Positions 15,356 through 23,978 of a stretch of 32,000 nucleotides of DNA are shown piece after piece (position 1 is the stretch's first letter; the number at the start of each line of letters is the position of its first letter). The stretch covers positions 4,980,001-5,012,000 of the forward strand of contig NC_010296.1 of the NCBI RefSeq assembly GCF_000010625.1, in the 5' to 3' direction. Source of the stretch: Microcystis aeruginosa NIES-843. GTDB taxonomy: Bacteria; Cyanobacteriota; Cyanobacteriia; Cyanobacteriales; Microcystaceae. The translations under genes and the position numbers were made by a program. Under the pieces are notes generated by a model. That model was not told the origin of the DNA. It ran no database searches and saw only the letters and a program-made list of their open reading frames with translations.

Positions 15356-16906
15356 GTGAACCCTGTGCAAATATTCACAACAATCCCCGGTTTACGCACT
15401 TTTTTGGCTGATTATCGCCATGATCATAGTATTGCCCTCGTGCCAACCATGGGCGCTCTCCATAAAGGTCATGCTAGTCTAATTCGACGCGCAGTGACGG
15501 AAGCGGAGGTAACTGTGGTCAGTATTTTTGTTAATCCTCTACAATTTGCCCCCACAGAGGATTTTTCTCGCTATCCCCGCAGCCTTGACAGCGATCGCCA
15601 ACTGTGTGAATCTTTGGGAGTTGCTGCTATTTTTGCTCCCAGTGCGGAAACTTTAGGAATTGGTAATTCTGAGGAGATAACCGCAGTTGTTCCCCCGATT
15701 TCTCTGACTAGCGGGTTATGTGGTGCTTTTCGTCCGGGACATTTTCAGGGAGTAGCCACAATTGTCACGCGGTTGTTTAATATTATTGCACCGACGATCG
15801 CCTATTTTGGCGAAAAGGATGCTCAACAGTTAGCGATTATCCGGCAATTAGTCAGGGATTTAAATTTAGCGATCGAGATTCGCGCTTGTGCTACAGTGCG
15901 AGAAACATCGGGATTAGCAGTTAGTTCTCGCAATCAGTATCTATCGGCCACAGAAAAGGAAAAAGCGACAATTATCGCCCAAAGTTTGCAATTAGCCCTC
16001 GAAAGTTTTCGTTTAGGGGAAAGACAAAGGGAAAAACTACTGGCTATTGTCCAAAAAAATCTGGACAGAGTACCAGAATTTCGCCCTCAGTATCTGGATT
16101 TAGTCCATCCCCAGAGTTTACAACCGATCGAGCAGATCGAGACAGGGGGCTTATTAGCGATCGCCGGATCGATCGGTCAAACCCGTTTAATTGATAATAT
16201 TATCTTGCGTCAACGTCGGGCAGTTATCGCTATTGATGGGCCTGCTGGAGCGGGAAAATCGACGGTAACGCGCTTAGTAGCGGAAAAATTGGGGTTAACC
16301 TATCTCGATACCGGTGCGATGTATCGCGCGGTGACATGGTTAGTGGTGAATTCCGGTCTGGATTTGTCCGCAGAAGCGGCCATCGCCGAGTTATTATCTT
16401 TAGCGAAGATAGCAATAATTCCGGCCGATAGTCCCGAAAATGTGACTATAGTGAAGATTAACGGGCAAGATGTGACTTTAGAGATTCGCTCTCCCGCAAT
16501 TACCTCGCAAGTGTCCAGAATTGCCGCTCAAAAAGCGGTGCGACAGCAGTTAGTCACCCTGCAAAGACAGCTGGGAATGTCGGGGGGAATAGTTGTGGAA
16601 GGTCGGGATATTGGTACTAATGTTTTTCCAGAAGCGGAATTAAAGATTTTCTTGACAGCGACACCCGAAGAAAGAGCGAGAAGGAGATTAAAAGACTTAG
16701 AAGCGCAGGGAAATGGAGGTATTAGTCTCGCAGAATTAACCCAAGAGATTGAAAAAAGGGATTATTTGGATAGTAATCGCTCCCTAGCACCCCTGCGAAA
16801 AGCCGCAGATGCGATCGAAGTTAATACCGATCATCTCAGTATTACAGAAGTCACGGAAAAAATCATTGCTCTTTATCATCTTAACTCAGGTAATTTAGGG
16901 AGATAA
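15356..16906 (+). CDS. panC: bifunctional pantoate--beta-alanine ligase / cytidylate kinase
   Basis: PanC motifs are VPTMGALHKGHASL and FGEKDAQQ. The Cmk half has the P-loop IAIDGPAGAGKSTV and LDTGAMYRA. The GTG at 15365 (8 nt after AAGGAG) may be the true start. Confidence 0.9.
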   Translation: MNPVQIFTTIPGLRTFLADYRHDHSIALVPTMGALHKGHASLIRRAVTEAEVTVVSIFVNPLQFAPTEDFSRYPRSLDSDRQLCESLGVAAIFAPSAETLGIGNSEEITAVVPPISLTSGLCGAFRPGHFQGVATIVTRLFNIIAPTIAYFGEKDAQQLAIIRQLVRDLNLAIEIRACATVRETSGLAVSSRNQYLSATEKEKATIIAQSLQLALESFRLGERQREKLLAIVQKNLDRVPEFRPQYLDLVHPQSLQPIEQIETGGLLAIAGSIGQTRLIDNIILRQRRAVIAIDGPAGAGKSTVTRLVAEKLGLTYLDTGAMYRAVTWLVVNSGLDLSAEAAIAELLSLAKIAIIPADSPENVTIVKINGQDVTLEIRSPAITSQVSRIAAQKAVRQQLVTLQRQLGMSGGIVVEGRDIGTNVFPEAELKIFLTATPEERARRRLKDLEAQGNGGISLAELTQEIEKRDYLDSNRSLAPLRKAADAIEVNTDHLSITEVTEKIIALYHLNSGNLGR

Positions 16907-16908
16907 TT

Positions 16909-18732
16909 ATGCAGTTAAATTATCTGAATTTATCATCTATCTGTGTAACGGTAACTTCCTTGATAATTCTTGGCAGTCCAGCTATATCTTTAGCCGATCA
17001 TAGATCACCAATAACTTTAGCTTCTAGGGATTTATCGAACCAGCAACAGGGACGAACAATTATTCTTAATGGTCGTTCTTTGTCCGTACCTTGGCGACAG
17101 TGGACAGCAGCAAATAATACCAGAATCGCCATGGGTGACACGGGAGCAAGACAATTATTCGGCATGGATTTTCTTAGCACAAATGATCCGAAAAAGCAAC
17201 CGATCAACTGGTTTAATTTACAAACTTTATCAGCTAATTTGATCAATTCCGATCGCTGGCTAGACGTTACGGATATTTTACTAACCATGGGGGCAACAAC
17301 CACTATTAATGGCGATAGTTTAACTATTAACTTTGCTGCTCCCCAGATGCAAGATATTCAGCTAGAAAATTATGGAGCAGTACAAAGGATTATTATTCAA
17401 CTCGATCGCCCGACCTTTTGGCAAGTTAGTCAGGCAAAAAATCAAGCAGTGATTACCCTAGAAGGAAATGCCCAACAATCCCTTATCTCTAGGTTTCAAC
17501 CCCAAACTATCAGCAACAGTAACCAAAATAACGATGAAGATGATCTAGGTAACTCCAATAATAACTTACCCACTCAGATCACTTCCTTAGAAAATAATGG
17601 AGTGATCAGTCGTTTAAAAATTAACCTTCCCACTGCCTACGGATTACAGATCAGCAGTGTGGATAATCCTCCCCGAATTATCATTGATTCTCGTCCCGAC
17701 GCTATGGATGAAAAGCGCATTGTTTGGCAACCAGGGTTAATCTGGAATCAAAAATATATCCAGTTAGATCAAGATTGGTTTCCCGTGACTTGGTTAGAAA
17801 TCGATCCCAGAAATCCTCAGATAACTATTAAACCAATCACCGCTAATTCCACCTCAATGCGCGGCACTAATCCCCTGATCACGATTAATAGCGAAAGTAA
17901 TGCAGTAGCGATGATTAATGGCGGCTTTTTTAATCGTAATAATCAGTTACCTTTGGGGGCAATTCGTGTGGATGGCAAATGGTTATCCGGACCAATTTTA
18001 AACCGAGGAGCGATCGCATGGGATAATCGTGGTAAAATCAGGATCGATCGCCTCAGTTTAGAGGAAACTCTCATTACTGCCACCGGACAACGTTTTCCCC
18101 TAACCCAGTTAAATAGTGCCTTCCTAACAGCCGGCTGCAGTCGTTATACTCGTGATTGGGGAAGTAATTATCATCCCCTCACCGAGCGGGAAACCGGGTT
18201 AGTCGTCCAAGGCGATCGCGTGACGGAGAAATTAAATAATCTTTTCCCACAGGATAGTATAAAAATACCGGAAAACGGCTATTTAGTCATCTGCCGAAAG
18301 ACAGATATTAGTTTAAATATTGGTGAAAGAGTCAACCTCGATAGCGTCACCCTACCGGGAGATTTTGCTAATTATCCCCAGATTTTAGGTGCAGGTCCCC
18401 TATTATTGCAGAATGGACGCATAGTTTTAGATGGAAATGCCGAAAAATTTAGTCCTGCATTCCAAAATCAACAAGCTTCCCGCAGTGCGATCGCAGTCAG
18501 CCGAGAAGGAAAAATTTTGCTAGTGGCTATCCATAATCGCGTCGGGGGACGGGGGGCAACTTTAGGCGAATTAGCCCGAATTTTGCTGTTAATGGCGGCA
18601 AAGGACGGTTTAAACCTAGATGGGGGTAGTTCCACTGGGATAGCCTTGGCGGGTTATCTACTCGATCGCTCTGCCGTTACCGCCGCAAAAGTCCATAATG
18701 GAATAGGGATATTTTTGTCCCCGTCTCCTTGA
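16909..18732 (+). CDS. phosphodiester glycosidase (DUF2233/NAGPA-like) family protein, secreted
   Basis: 607 aa with an N-terminal hydrophobic signal. The C-terminal part (AMINGGFFN...PLGAIRVDGKW...SAIAVSREGK...LNLDGGSST) is typical of the family. Confidence 0.75.
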   Translation: MQLNYLNLSSICVTVTSLIILGSPAISLADHRSPITLASRDLSNQQQGRTIILNGRSLSVPWRQWTAANNTRIAMGDTGARQLFGMDFLSTNDPKKQPINWFNLQTLSANLINSDRWLDVTDILLTMGATTTINGDSLTINFAAPQMQDIQLENYGAVQRIIIQLDRPTFWQVSQAKNQAVITLEGNAQQSLISRFQPQTISNSNQNNDEDDLGNSNNNLPTQITSLENNGVISRLKINLPTAYGLQISSVDNPPRIIIDSRPDAMDEKRIVWQPGLIWNQKYIQLDQDWFPVTWLEIDPRNPQITIKPITANSTSMRGTNPLITINSESNAVAMINGGFFNRNNQLPLGAIRVDGKWLSGPILNRGAIAWDNRGKIRIDRLSLEETLITATGQRFPLTQLNSAFLTAGCSRYTRDWGSNYHPLTERETGLVVQGDRVTEKLNNLFPQDSIKIPENGYLVICRKTDISLNIGERVNLDSVTLPGDFANYPQILGAGPLLLQNGRIVLDGNAEKFSPAFQNQQASRSAIAVSREGKILLVAIHNRVGGRGATLGELARILLLMAAKDGLNLDGGSSTGIALAGYLLDRSAVTAAKVHNGIGIFLSPSP

Positions 18733-18746
18733 AAAGTGTGAAAACA

Positions 18747-19070
18747 ATGGATAATAGCGACTGGATTAAACAATTGCTGCTGATGGGTATTGGCACTACT
18801 TCCATGGTGGCAGAAAAGATCAAAGAAGTGAGCGACGAATTAGTAAAAGACGGTAAAATCAATTCCGATCAGGCTAAAAACTTTGTCGATGATCTGATGA
18901 CACAGATGAAGTCCGAACAAGGGAGCTTCGAGAATAACTTAGAACGCTATGTCCGCAATATCTTGCAGGATTTAGGGGTTCCCCGACAATCGGAAATGGA
19001 CGAACTGCGGGGAAGGATTGATAGATTAGAACGGCAGGTGAGAGACTTAGAGAATAAACTCTGGCGTTAG
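18747..19070 (+). CDS. phasin-family / coiled-coil protein (COG3937-like)
   Basis: The sequence MDNSDWIKQLLLMGIGTTSMVAEKIKEVSDELVKDGK...ELRGRIDRLERQVRDLE points to this family. The track starts at TTG 18729, but ATG 18747 is preferred. Confidence 0.5.
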   Translation: MDNSDWIKQLLLMGIGTTSMVAEKIKEVSDELVKDGKINSDQAKNFVDDLMTQMKSEQGSFENNLERYVRNILQDLGVPRQSEMDELRGRIDRLERQVRDLENKLWR

Positions 19071-19076
19071 GGAACT

Positions 19077-19595
19077 ATGAAATCAATGCGCGAAATCTTG
19101 CTCAGTTTTGCTATTATTGCGGTTTGTGGCTTATTTTTAATCGTTGCTTCCCTCTTTGGTGGAGGGGAAAAAACCAATGCGATCGCCGCAGAAACCAATC
19201 CACCCGCTATCACTCAAACTATTAATAAGGAAATCATCTCCATGGATTTAGATCAAGCAGTCACCACCGATTCGGGACTAAAATACATCGATATCGTGGA
19301 AGGAACCGGAGAAACTCCCCAAAAAGGTCAAAAAGTGACTGTTCACTATACGGGAACCCTGACAGACGGCAAAAAATTCGATAGTTCCAAGGATCGCAAT
19401 CAACCTTTTACCTTTACCATTGGAGTTGGTCAAGTGATCAAAGGATGGGATGAGGGAGTCGCATCGATGAAAGTCGGTGGGCAGCGTACCTTAATTATCC
19501 CCCCAGAATTGGGTTATGGTGCGCGGGGTGCCGGTGGGGTAATTCCTGCCAACGCGACTTTACTTTTCGATGTGGAATTGTTGGCAGTTAAATAG
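19077..19595 (+). CDS. FKBP-type peptidyl-prolyl cis-trans isomerase with N-terminal membrane/signal segment
   Basis: The FKBP_C domain is present: KVTVHYTGTLTDGKKFDSS...FTIGVGQVIKGWDEGV...LIIPPELGYGARGAGGVIPANATLLFDVELL. Confidence 0.9.
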   Translation: MKSMREILLSFAIIAVCGLFLIVASLFGGGEKTNAIAAETNPPAITQTINKEIISMDLDQAVTTDSGLKYIDIVEGTGETPQKGQKVTVHYTGTLTDGKKFDSSKDRNQPFTFTIGVGQVIKGWDEGVASMKVGGQRTLIIPPELGYGARGAGGVIPANATLLFDVELLAVK

Positions 19596-19620
19596 GTTTT
19601 TCCTCTGATTTTTCACTTTT

Positions 19621-19650
19621 ACCCGCATCGATCCCGAATGCGGGTTTTTT
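19621..19650 (+). terminator. rho-independent terminator after the FKBP gene
   Basis: The stem ACCCGCAT/ATGCGGGT has a 9-nt loop and is followed by a T run (19645-19650). Confidence 0.7.
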
Positions 19651-19678
19651 GACAAATTGCCAGAAGCTAAGGGCCAAA

Positions 19679-20017
19679 TCAGGAAGATTTAGTAAATTCT
19701 AGACCGTTTTCGCTACCGTAACGTTCCATAAAACGCATAAAACGATCCCACTCTGCGGGAGAATTGAAAATAACCGTAGCTTCGATCGCCATGGGTTTAC
19801 CGTTGATAAATTTGCCTTTTACTTTCGTGGTGACGATTTCCCCTTCCTCATCGATGAGATACATCCCCGTGATTTCCTCGGTTTGTTGATCTCCGAGGAT
19901 AGTCGGTTGCTTAAAATAAAATTCTGCCGATCCCTTCTCTCCCGTTTTAGTGCGACTTAAGCGGATATCGGGAACAACAGGTTCTTTTAACCCCTTGGAA
20001 AACTGAATTTCTGCCAT
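19679..20017 (-). CDS. psb28: photosystem II protein Psb28
   Basis: 112 aa. MAEIQFSKG...SAEFYF...[11 protein letters not shown]...[27 protein letters not shown] matches Psb28. Confidence 0.9.
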   Translation of the reverse strand: MAEIQFSKGLKEPVVPDIRLSRTKTGEKGSAEFYFKQPTILGDQQTEEITGMYLIDEEGEIVTTKVKGKFINGKPMAIEATVIFNSPAEWDRFMRFMERYGSENGLEFTKSS

Positions 20018-20150
20018 TACTTTTCTTTATCCTTGTCATGAAATACACATTTCTAGATCATCTCACACCAAGTCGCAAGTAAAAAGCAGATGGGACAGCA
20101 TAAGCTCAAAATATCAATACCAATATCATTTTTCCTTATTCGTAGCAGGC

Positions 20151-20400
20151 CTATCCATTAGTCATACTAAATCCTATTTAAAAGGTATAGGAGAGTGGAG
20201 AGTGGGGAGTGGGGAGCAGGGAGCGGGGAGCAGGGAAAAACAATCCATAACTTGGGAGTTAATCACACTATTAAAAACGGATTCGGTGTCACATCTTTCT
20301 TAACACAAAATTTGACAAAAAGACAAAAGTATGCAAAGTGGCTCAAGTTGGTTCTCTGGAAGTAACTAATTTGATGGAATAGTTCCGGCGTTCTAGTCGG
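20151..20400 (-). mobile_element. relic of the right end of a related IS4-family element (no transposase), itself hit by a MITE
   Basis: With 20165-20291 removed, CTATCCATTAGTCACATCTTTCTTAACACAAAATTTGACAAAAAGAC...CTAATTTGATGG aligns at ~85% by eye to the reverse complement of 7560-7660. Similarity fades beyond ~20400. Confidence 0.65.
20165..20288. mobile_element. 124-bp MITE (TACTAAATCC type) carrying an internal GGGGAGY heptamer tract
   Basis: Ends are TACTAAATCC ... GGATTCGGTG. A TCA duplication lies at 20162-20164 and 20289-20291. The element interrupts the IS relic's terminal repeat. A sister copy lies at 25580-25686. Confidence 0.65.
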
Positions 20401-20864
20401 TCGTTAATTTCCATGCCCTCTATAATACAGCCCCTGTCAGGGTTCTGTCCCTTCTCAATTAAAACTTTTTATTGCGCTGACTAATTACGCGTGTTTTAGC
20501 TTACTTGTGTCCTTAAATACTTCTTTTACTGCGTCAAATCACACAAGTCTTTGTATAAAAGTTGTACGATCATAGTCAGACTAAATTAAATTGTTGCCAT
20601 TGCTTCCCGTTTCTCATCCAGACTGTGTTGAGATTTGTCAAAGCTAATTGCAAAAGTAATCTTTTACATCCAATGGTTTTTAAGTCTGTTAGCACGCTAT
20701 GTCTATCCTAAACAAAGAAAATCTTAAGCTGGAAGCTCTCAACCTGTCTCAAAAATACCAAAAAACAGCCTTCTGGCAGAGGGGTTGGGGGTGAGGGCAA
20801 TTAACCATCTCTGCCATTACCTTTGAAAAATTTGACTTAAACAAATTATGAATAGATATGCAGT

Positions 20865-21001
20865 AGACCTCTTGCAAAAGTCTTAAGTCGATCCTTGTAC
20901 AGCAACATTTTTGAAGATTATCAACTACTAATAAATAATTAACTGAAAGTCCCTCCTATTATTGTTTCTATCGTTTGTTTTCGGATTTATGCAAGAGGTC
21001 T
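20865..21001. mobile_element. 137-bp MITE derived from the IS5-superfamily element
   Basis: Its termini AGACCTCTTGCA ... TGCAAGAGGTCT are identical to the IS ends at 8130 and 10241. A 3-bp duplication AGT lies at 20862-20864 and 21002-21004. It has no coding capacity. Confidence 0.8.
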
Positions 21002-21164
21002 AGTCTATTAGCAGTTATCTTAACAGTGAGATACGAAGTTTCTGGTTTTAGAGAACGACGGAACGGCGGAACCTCGGAATATTATCTGATCGTCCAGAGA
21101 TGATGACAAATACCGCCACACTCCATCTTCATGATAAACGCTATAATCTGAAAGTTGTTGCCAG

Positions 21165-22190
21165 TTGCTCATCATGAAAAAACTTGCTTATTCATTGCTC
21201 CCCCTAGGGATTACTTTTGGACTTTGCCTAAACATTGCCCCTGCTTCCGCTGGTTTCATAGTACGAGAAGTCATTCCCGACGCTGCTCTTTCTATTGACG
21301 GCTTCGGAAGCACCTCCAACAACGGAGTTATTAAAGCCAATATACCCACAGGTTCTACTATTCAGAGGGCTTATCTCTATGCCGCTTCCGTCTGGAAGAA
21401 CCCAGTTAACGGAGTAAATTTTCATGGGAATGCACTTTCCGTGGGTTCGGGAATTACTCTTGCTCCCCAATGGGACAACAAGGCTACTACTGTTCTTTGG
21501 GATGTTACTGATATCATCAAGTCCAGTGTTACGGGAGGACTCCAAAACTTTAATATCGTTGAGGAGGGGCAGAATGATGGTGCGGTTCTTGTCGTTGCCT
21601 ATAGCAATTCTTCTACCCGAGGTTTGACCTCCGTTATCTTAGACGGGGAACGGTCCACCGGGGGAGACACAAGTCAGTTTGATTTTGCCAGTCCTTACAC
21701 TGGGGGAGATTTTCTGGTTTCACTCGCCTCTAGTTACAGCAGTCAACCGAGTGATCAAGCCACTGAGATTGACGTAACCACTAATTCGACCAATGATCGA
21801 CGTTTGACCAGTAGCGCAGGAGGGGCGGATGACCGCACTCCTGGTGAGTCCTCAGAAAATGGAAACTTAATAACTGTTGGGGGAATAGGTGATAACCCTA
21901 CTAACCCCAGCCCATTCGATTCCCCCTCCCTTGGACCGCGAATCGATGATGAATACTATAATCTCGCTCTTGGCAACAGCGCTAATTCTGCCCCTTTTAT
22001 CTCACCGGGAGATACCTTCCTGCGCTTAAAAACAGTGAACCAAAGCCATGATGATAACGTTTTCGGAATGTTTATCACCAGTGGATTTAAGATCACTGCC
22101 ACTCCCGTCCCCGAGCCATCCATGACACTGGGCATTTTTGGTATCGGTGCTATCGGAGCCTTAATATCTCGTCGTGGTAAAAAATCCTAA
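21165..22190 (+). CDS. PEP-CTERM sorting-domain protein with uncharacterised secreted N-terminal domain
   Basis: It has a signal peptide (..LNIAPASA) and the C-terminal VPEPSMTLGIFGIGAIGALISRRGKKS, i.e. the PEP motif, a TM helix and a basic tail. Confidence 0.8.
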   Translation: MLIMKKLAYSLLPLGITFGLCLNIAPASAGFIVREVIPDAALSIDGFGSTSNNGVIKANIPTGSTIQRAYLYAASVWKNPVNGVNFHGNALSVGSGITLAPQWDNKATTVLWDVTDIIKSSVTGGLQNFNIVEEGQNDGAVLVVAYSNSSTRGLTSVILDGERSTGGDTSQFDFASPYTGGDFLVSLASSYSSQPSDQATEIDVTTNSTNDRRLTSSAGGADDRTPGESSENGNLITVGGIGDNPTNPSPFDSPSLGPRIDDEYYNLALGNSANSAPFISPGDTFLRLKTVNQSHDDNVFGMFITSGFKITATPVPEPSMTLGIFGIGAIGALISRRGKKS

Positions 22191-22223
22191 CAGAAAATAA
22201 ACCTGACAATTTAAGGCTGTAAA

Positions 22224-22282
22224 TTGCGGTAAAAATTGATAAAATTTTCGATTGTGGTTTTTTATCGCTTTTTTTACCGCAA
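22224..22282 (+). terminator. long hairpin downstream of the PEP-CTERM gene (possible terminator)
   Basis: TTGCGGTAAAAA (22224-22235) pairs with TTTTTACCGCAA (22271-22282). The loop is ~35 nt and there is no clean U tract. Confidence 0.35.
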
Positions 22283-22427
22283 AATCACATTTACCTAGTT
22301 CTAGGTTTTTATCGTTCCAAGATGGAATTTGAACTTCAACCTAAATCACCGTAAGAGAGTCTCGGAGTGCAATCAGTGGCAAAATCAAGGCTATGATCGA
22401 TCACTGATAACCAATAACTGAGATGAG

Positions 22428-23936
22428 ATGGTTTTATTAGAAGCAGCGGTTCATTCTTCCCTACGCGCTTTTTTACGGGAACAAGGGCGCTTTTACTGGT
22501 CTCATCATCTCACTATGGGGCGACTGGTGGCTAGAGCTTTACGCCTAAAACGTTCCTCTCTCATACAAACTGGAACTACTCTCATCCGTTATTGTCTCAG
22601 TTATCTCACCCCAGCTCTTTTAGCTGATACACCCGTTCTAATTGTTGCCCCGGAGTCAGAAGTAAACCTACTGTTAGAAGTGGAAATCCCCCATCTGCAA
22701 GCATGGTTACAAACTCAGCGAGATATCCTCAAAAGTGATCGCTTTCCCGCTAATTTTACCGGTTTACTCCTCACCACACCCCAACAATGGTTAGAGGATA
22801 AATTGGACAATCTCGGTCATTTTCCCCAGAATATCCCCACGATAATCGATCGAGCCGAAGATTTAGAAACTTGTCTAGTAGATTATCTCACCGTCACCAT
22901 TACTCCCGAACAGTGGTTCGCTTTAGGGTCAGCATATCCCCAGCATAGAGAGGTTATAGACTTAATTAAAGCACAACTTAGCCAAAGTATTCTTGGTCAT
23001 CCAATTAATCCCTATAATTGCTATCTTATCGATGCCAAAGAAAAAGAATATATAATTGCTCTCCTGCAACGCTTGGATCAAGACTTAGCCACTGATTCTG
23101 CTTGGCAACTTTTAGCGGCAAAAATCCCCGAGCATAATTATCTCCTCTGGACATCAGTAGATCGAGATCGAGAAGAATTTACCCTAAAAATCAGTCCTTT
23201 GGAGGTGGCTAGTTTTTTCAAACCGATTTGGCAGCAGCAACCCTTTGTTTTAATCGGCAGTTTTTTAGATAGCGAAAAATCAGCTAATTTATACCGTCAA
23301 AATCAGGGTATCGGAGAAATTTTAACTCTAAAGTTTGCAGCTGATCGCGAAAGTGAATATATTCATTTATATCTACCCGATCGCATCAGCGCCCCCAACA
23401 CACCCGAATTTCAACCGATGTTATTAAAGCAAGTGCGAGAATTAGTTAGCGCTAATCATACCAGTGAACAACCGATCGTGATCCTGATTGAAGATGTTCC
23501 CCTCAAGGCACAAATTGCCACCCAAATGGCAGCCGATTACGGTTCGCGAGTGCAAGTGGAAAAAACTGAGATTAATAATAATACTATTCTGGTTTGTGGT
23601 TGGCAATTCTGGCAAACCCATCAAGAAAAATTTCCGACTCCCAGTTTATTAATTATCGCTACTTTACCCTTACCATCCCCCGAAAATCCTCTCGTTGCTG
23701 GCAAAATTGCTTACTACAAACGACAACATCTCGACTGGTTTCGTGCCTATCTTTTACCCACAGCAGTGAGGGAAATTCAGAAATCTGTCCAGTCTCTCCG
23801 GGAGTGTCAAGGTTGTGTGGCTGTCCTCGATAATCGTGTCAATGCCCGCAGTTATGGCAGACAAATTCTCTCCGCTTTAGAACCCTATGCTAAAGTTAAT
23901 TATCTCGATCAACAATTTTTTCAAGATAAAGATTAA
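22428..23936 (+). CDS. DinG/YoaA-family helicase-like protein with degenerate ATPase motifs
   Basis: The C-terminus (LLIIATLPLPSPENPLV...GCVAVLDNRVNARSYGRQILSALEP) parallels DinG/YoaA. LIQTGTTLIRYCLSYL stands in the Walker A position and IIDRAEDLE in the DEAH position. Confidence 0.6.
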   Translation: MVLLEAAVHSSLRAFLREQGRFYWSHHLTMGRLVARALRLKRSSLIQTGTTLIRYCLSYLTPALLADTPVLIVAPESEVNLLLEVEIPHLQAWLQTQRDILKSDRFPANFTGLLLTTPQQWLEDKLDNLGHFPQNIPTIIDRAEDLETCLVDYLTVTITPEQWFALGSAYPQHREVIDLIKAQLSQSILGHPINPYNCYLIDAKEKEYIIALLQRLDQDLATDSAWQLLAAKIPEHNYLLWTSVDRDREEFTLKISPLEVASFFKPIWQQQPFVLIGSFLDSEKSANLYRQNQGIGEILTLKFAADRESEYIHLYLPDRISAPNTPEFQPMLLKQVRELVSANHTSEQPIVILIEDVPLKAQIATQMAADYGSRVQVEKTEINNNTILVCGWQFWQTHQEKFPTPSLLIIATLPLPSPENPLVAGKIAYYKRQHLDWFRAYLLPTAVREIQKSVQSLRECQGCVAVLDNRVNARSYGRQILSALEPYAKVNYLDQQFFQDKD

Positions 23937-23978
23937 ATCAGTTATCAGTTATCAGTTATCAGTTATCAGTTTACTGTT
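23937..23978. repeat. heptamer array (ATCAGTT x4, TACTGTT, TACTGAT)
   Basis: These are direct tandem heptamers filling the 34-bp gap between convergent genes. They overlap the last codons and the stop of the cruP-like gene. Confidence 0.9.

Noticed and set aside
15356-16906. panC-cmk gene fusion as a novelty
   Set aside because: The bifunctional pantoate-beta-alanine ligase/cytidylate kinase is a well-known cyanobacterial arrangement.
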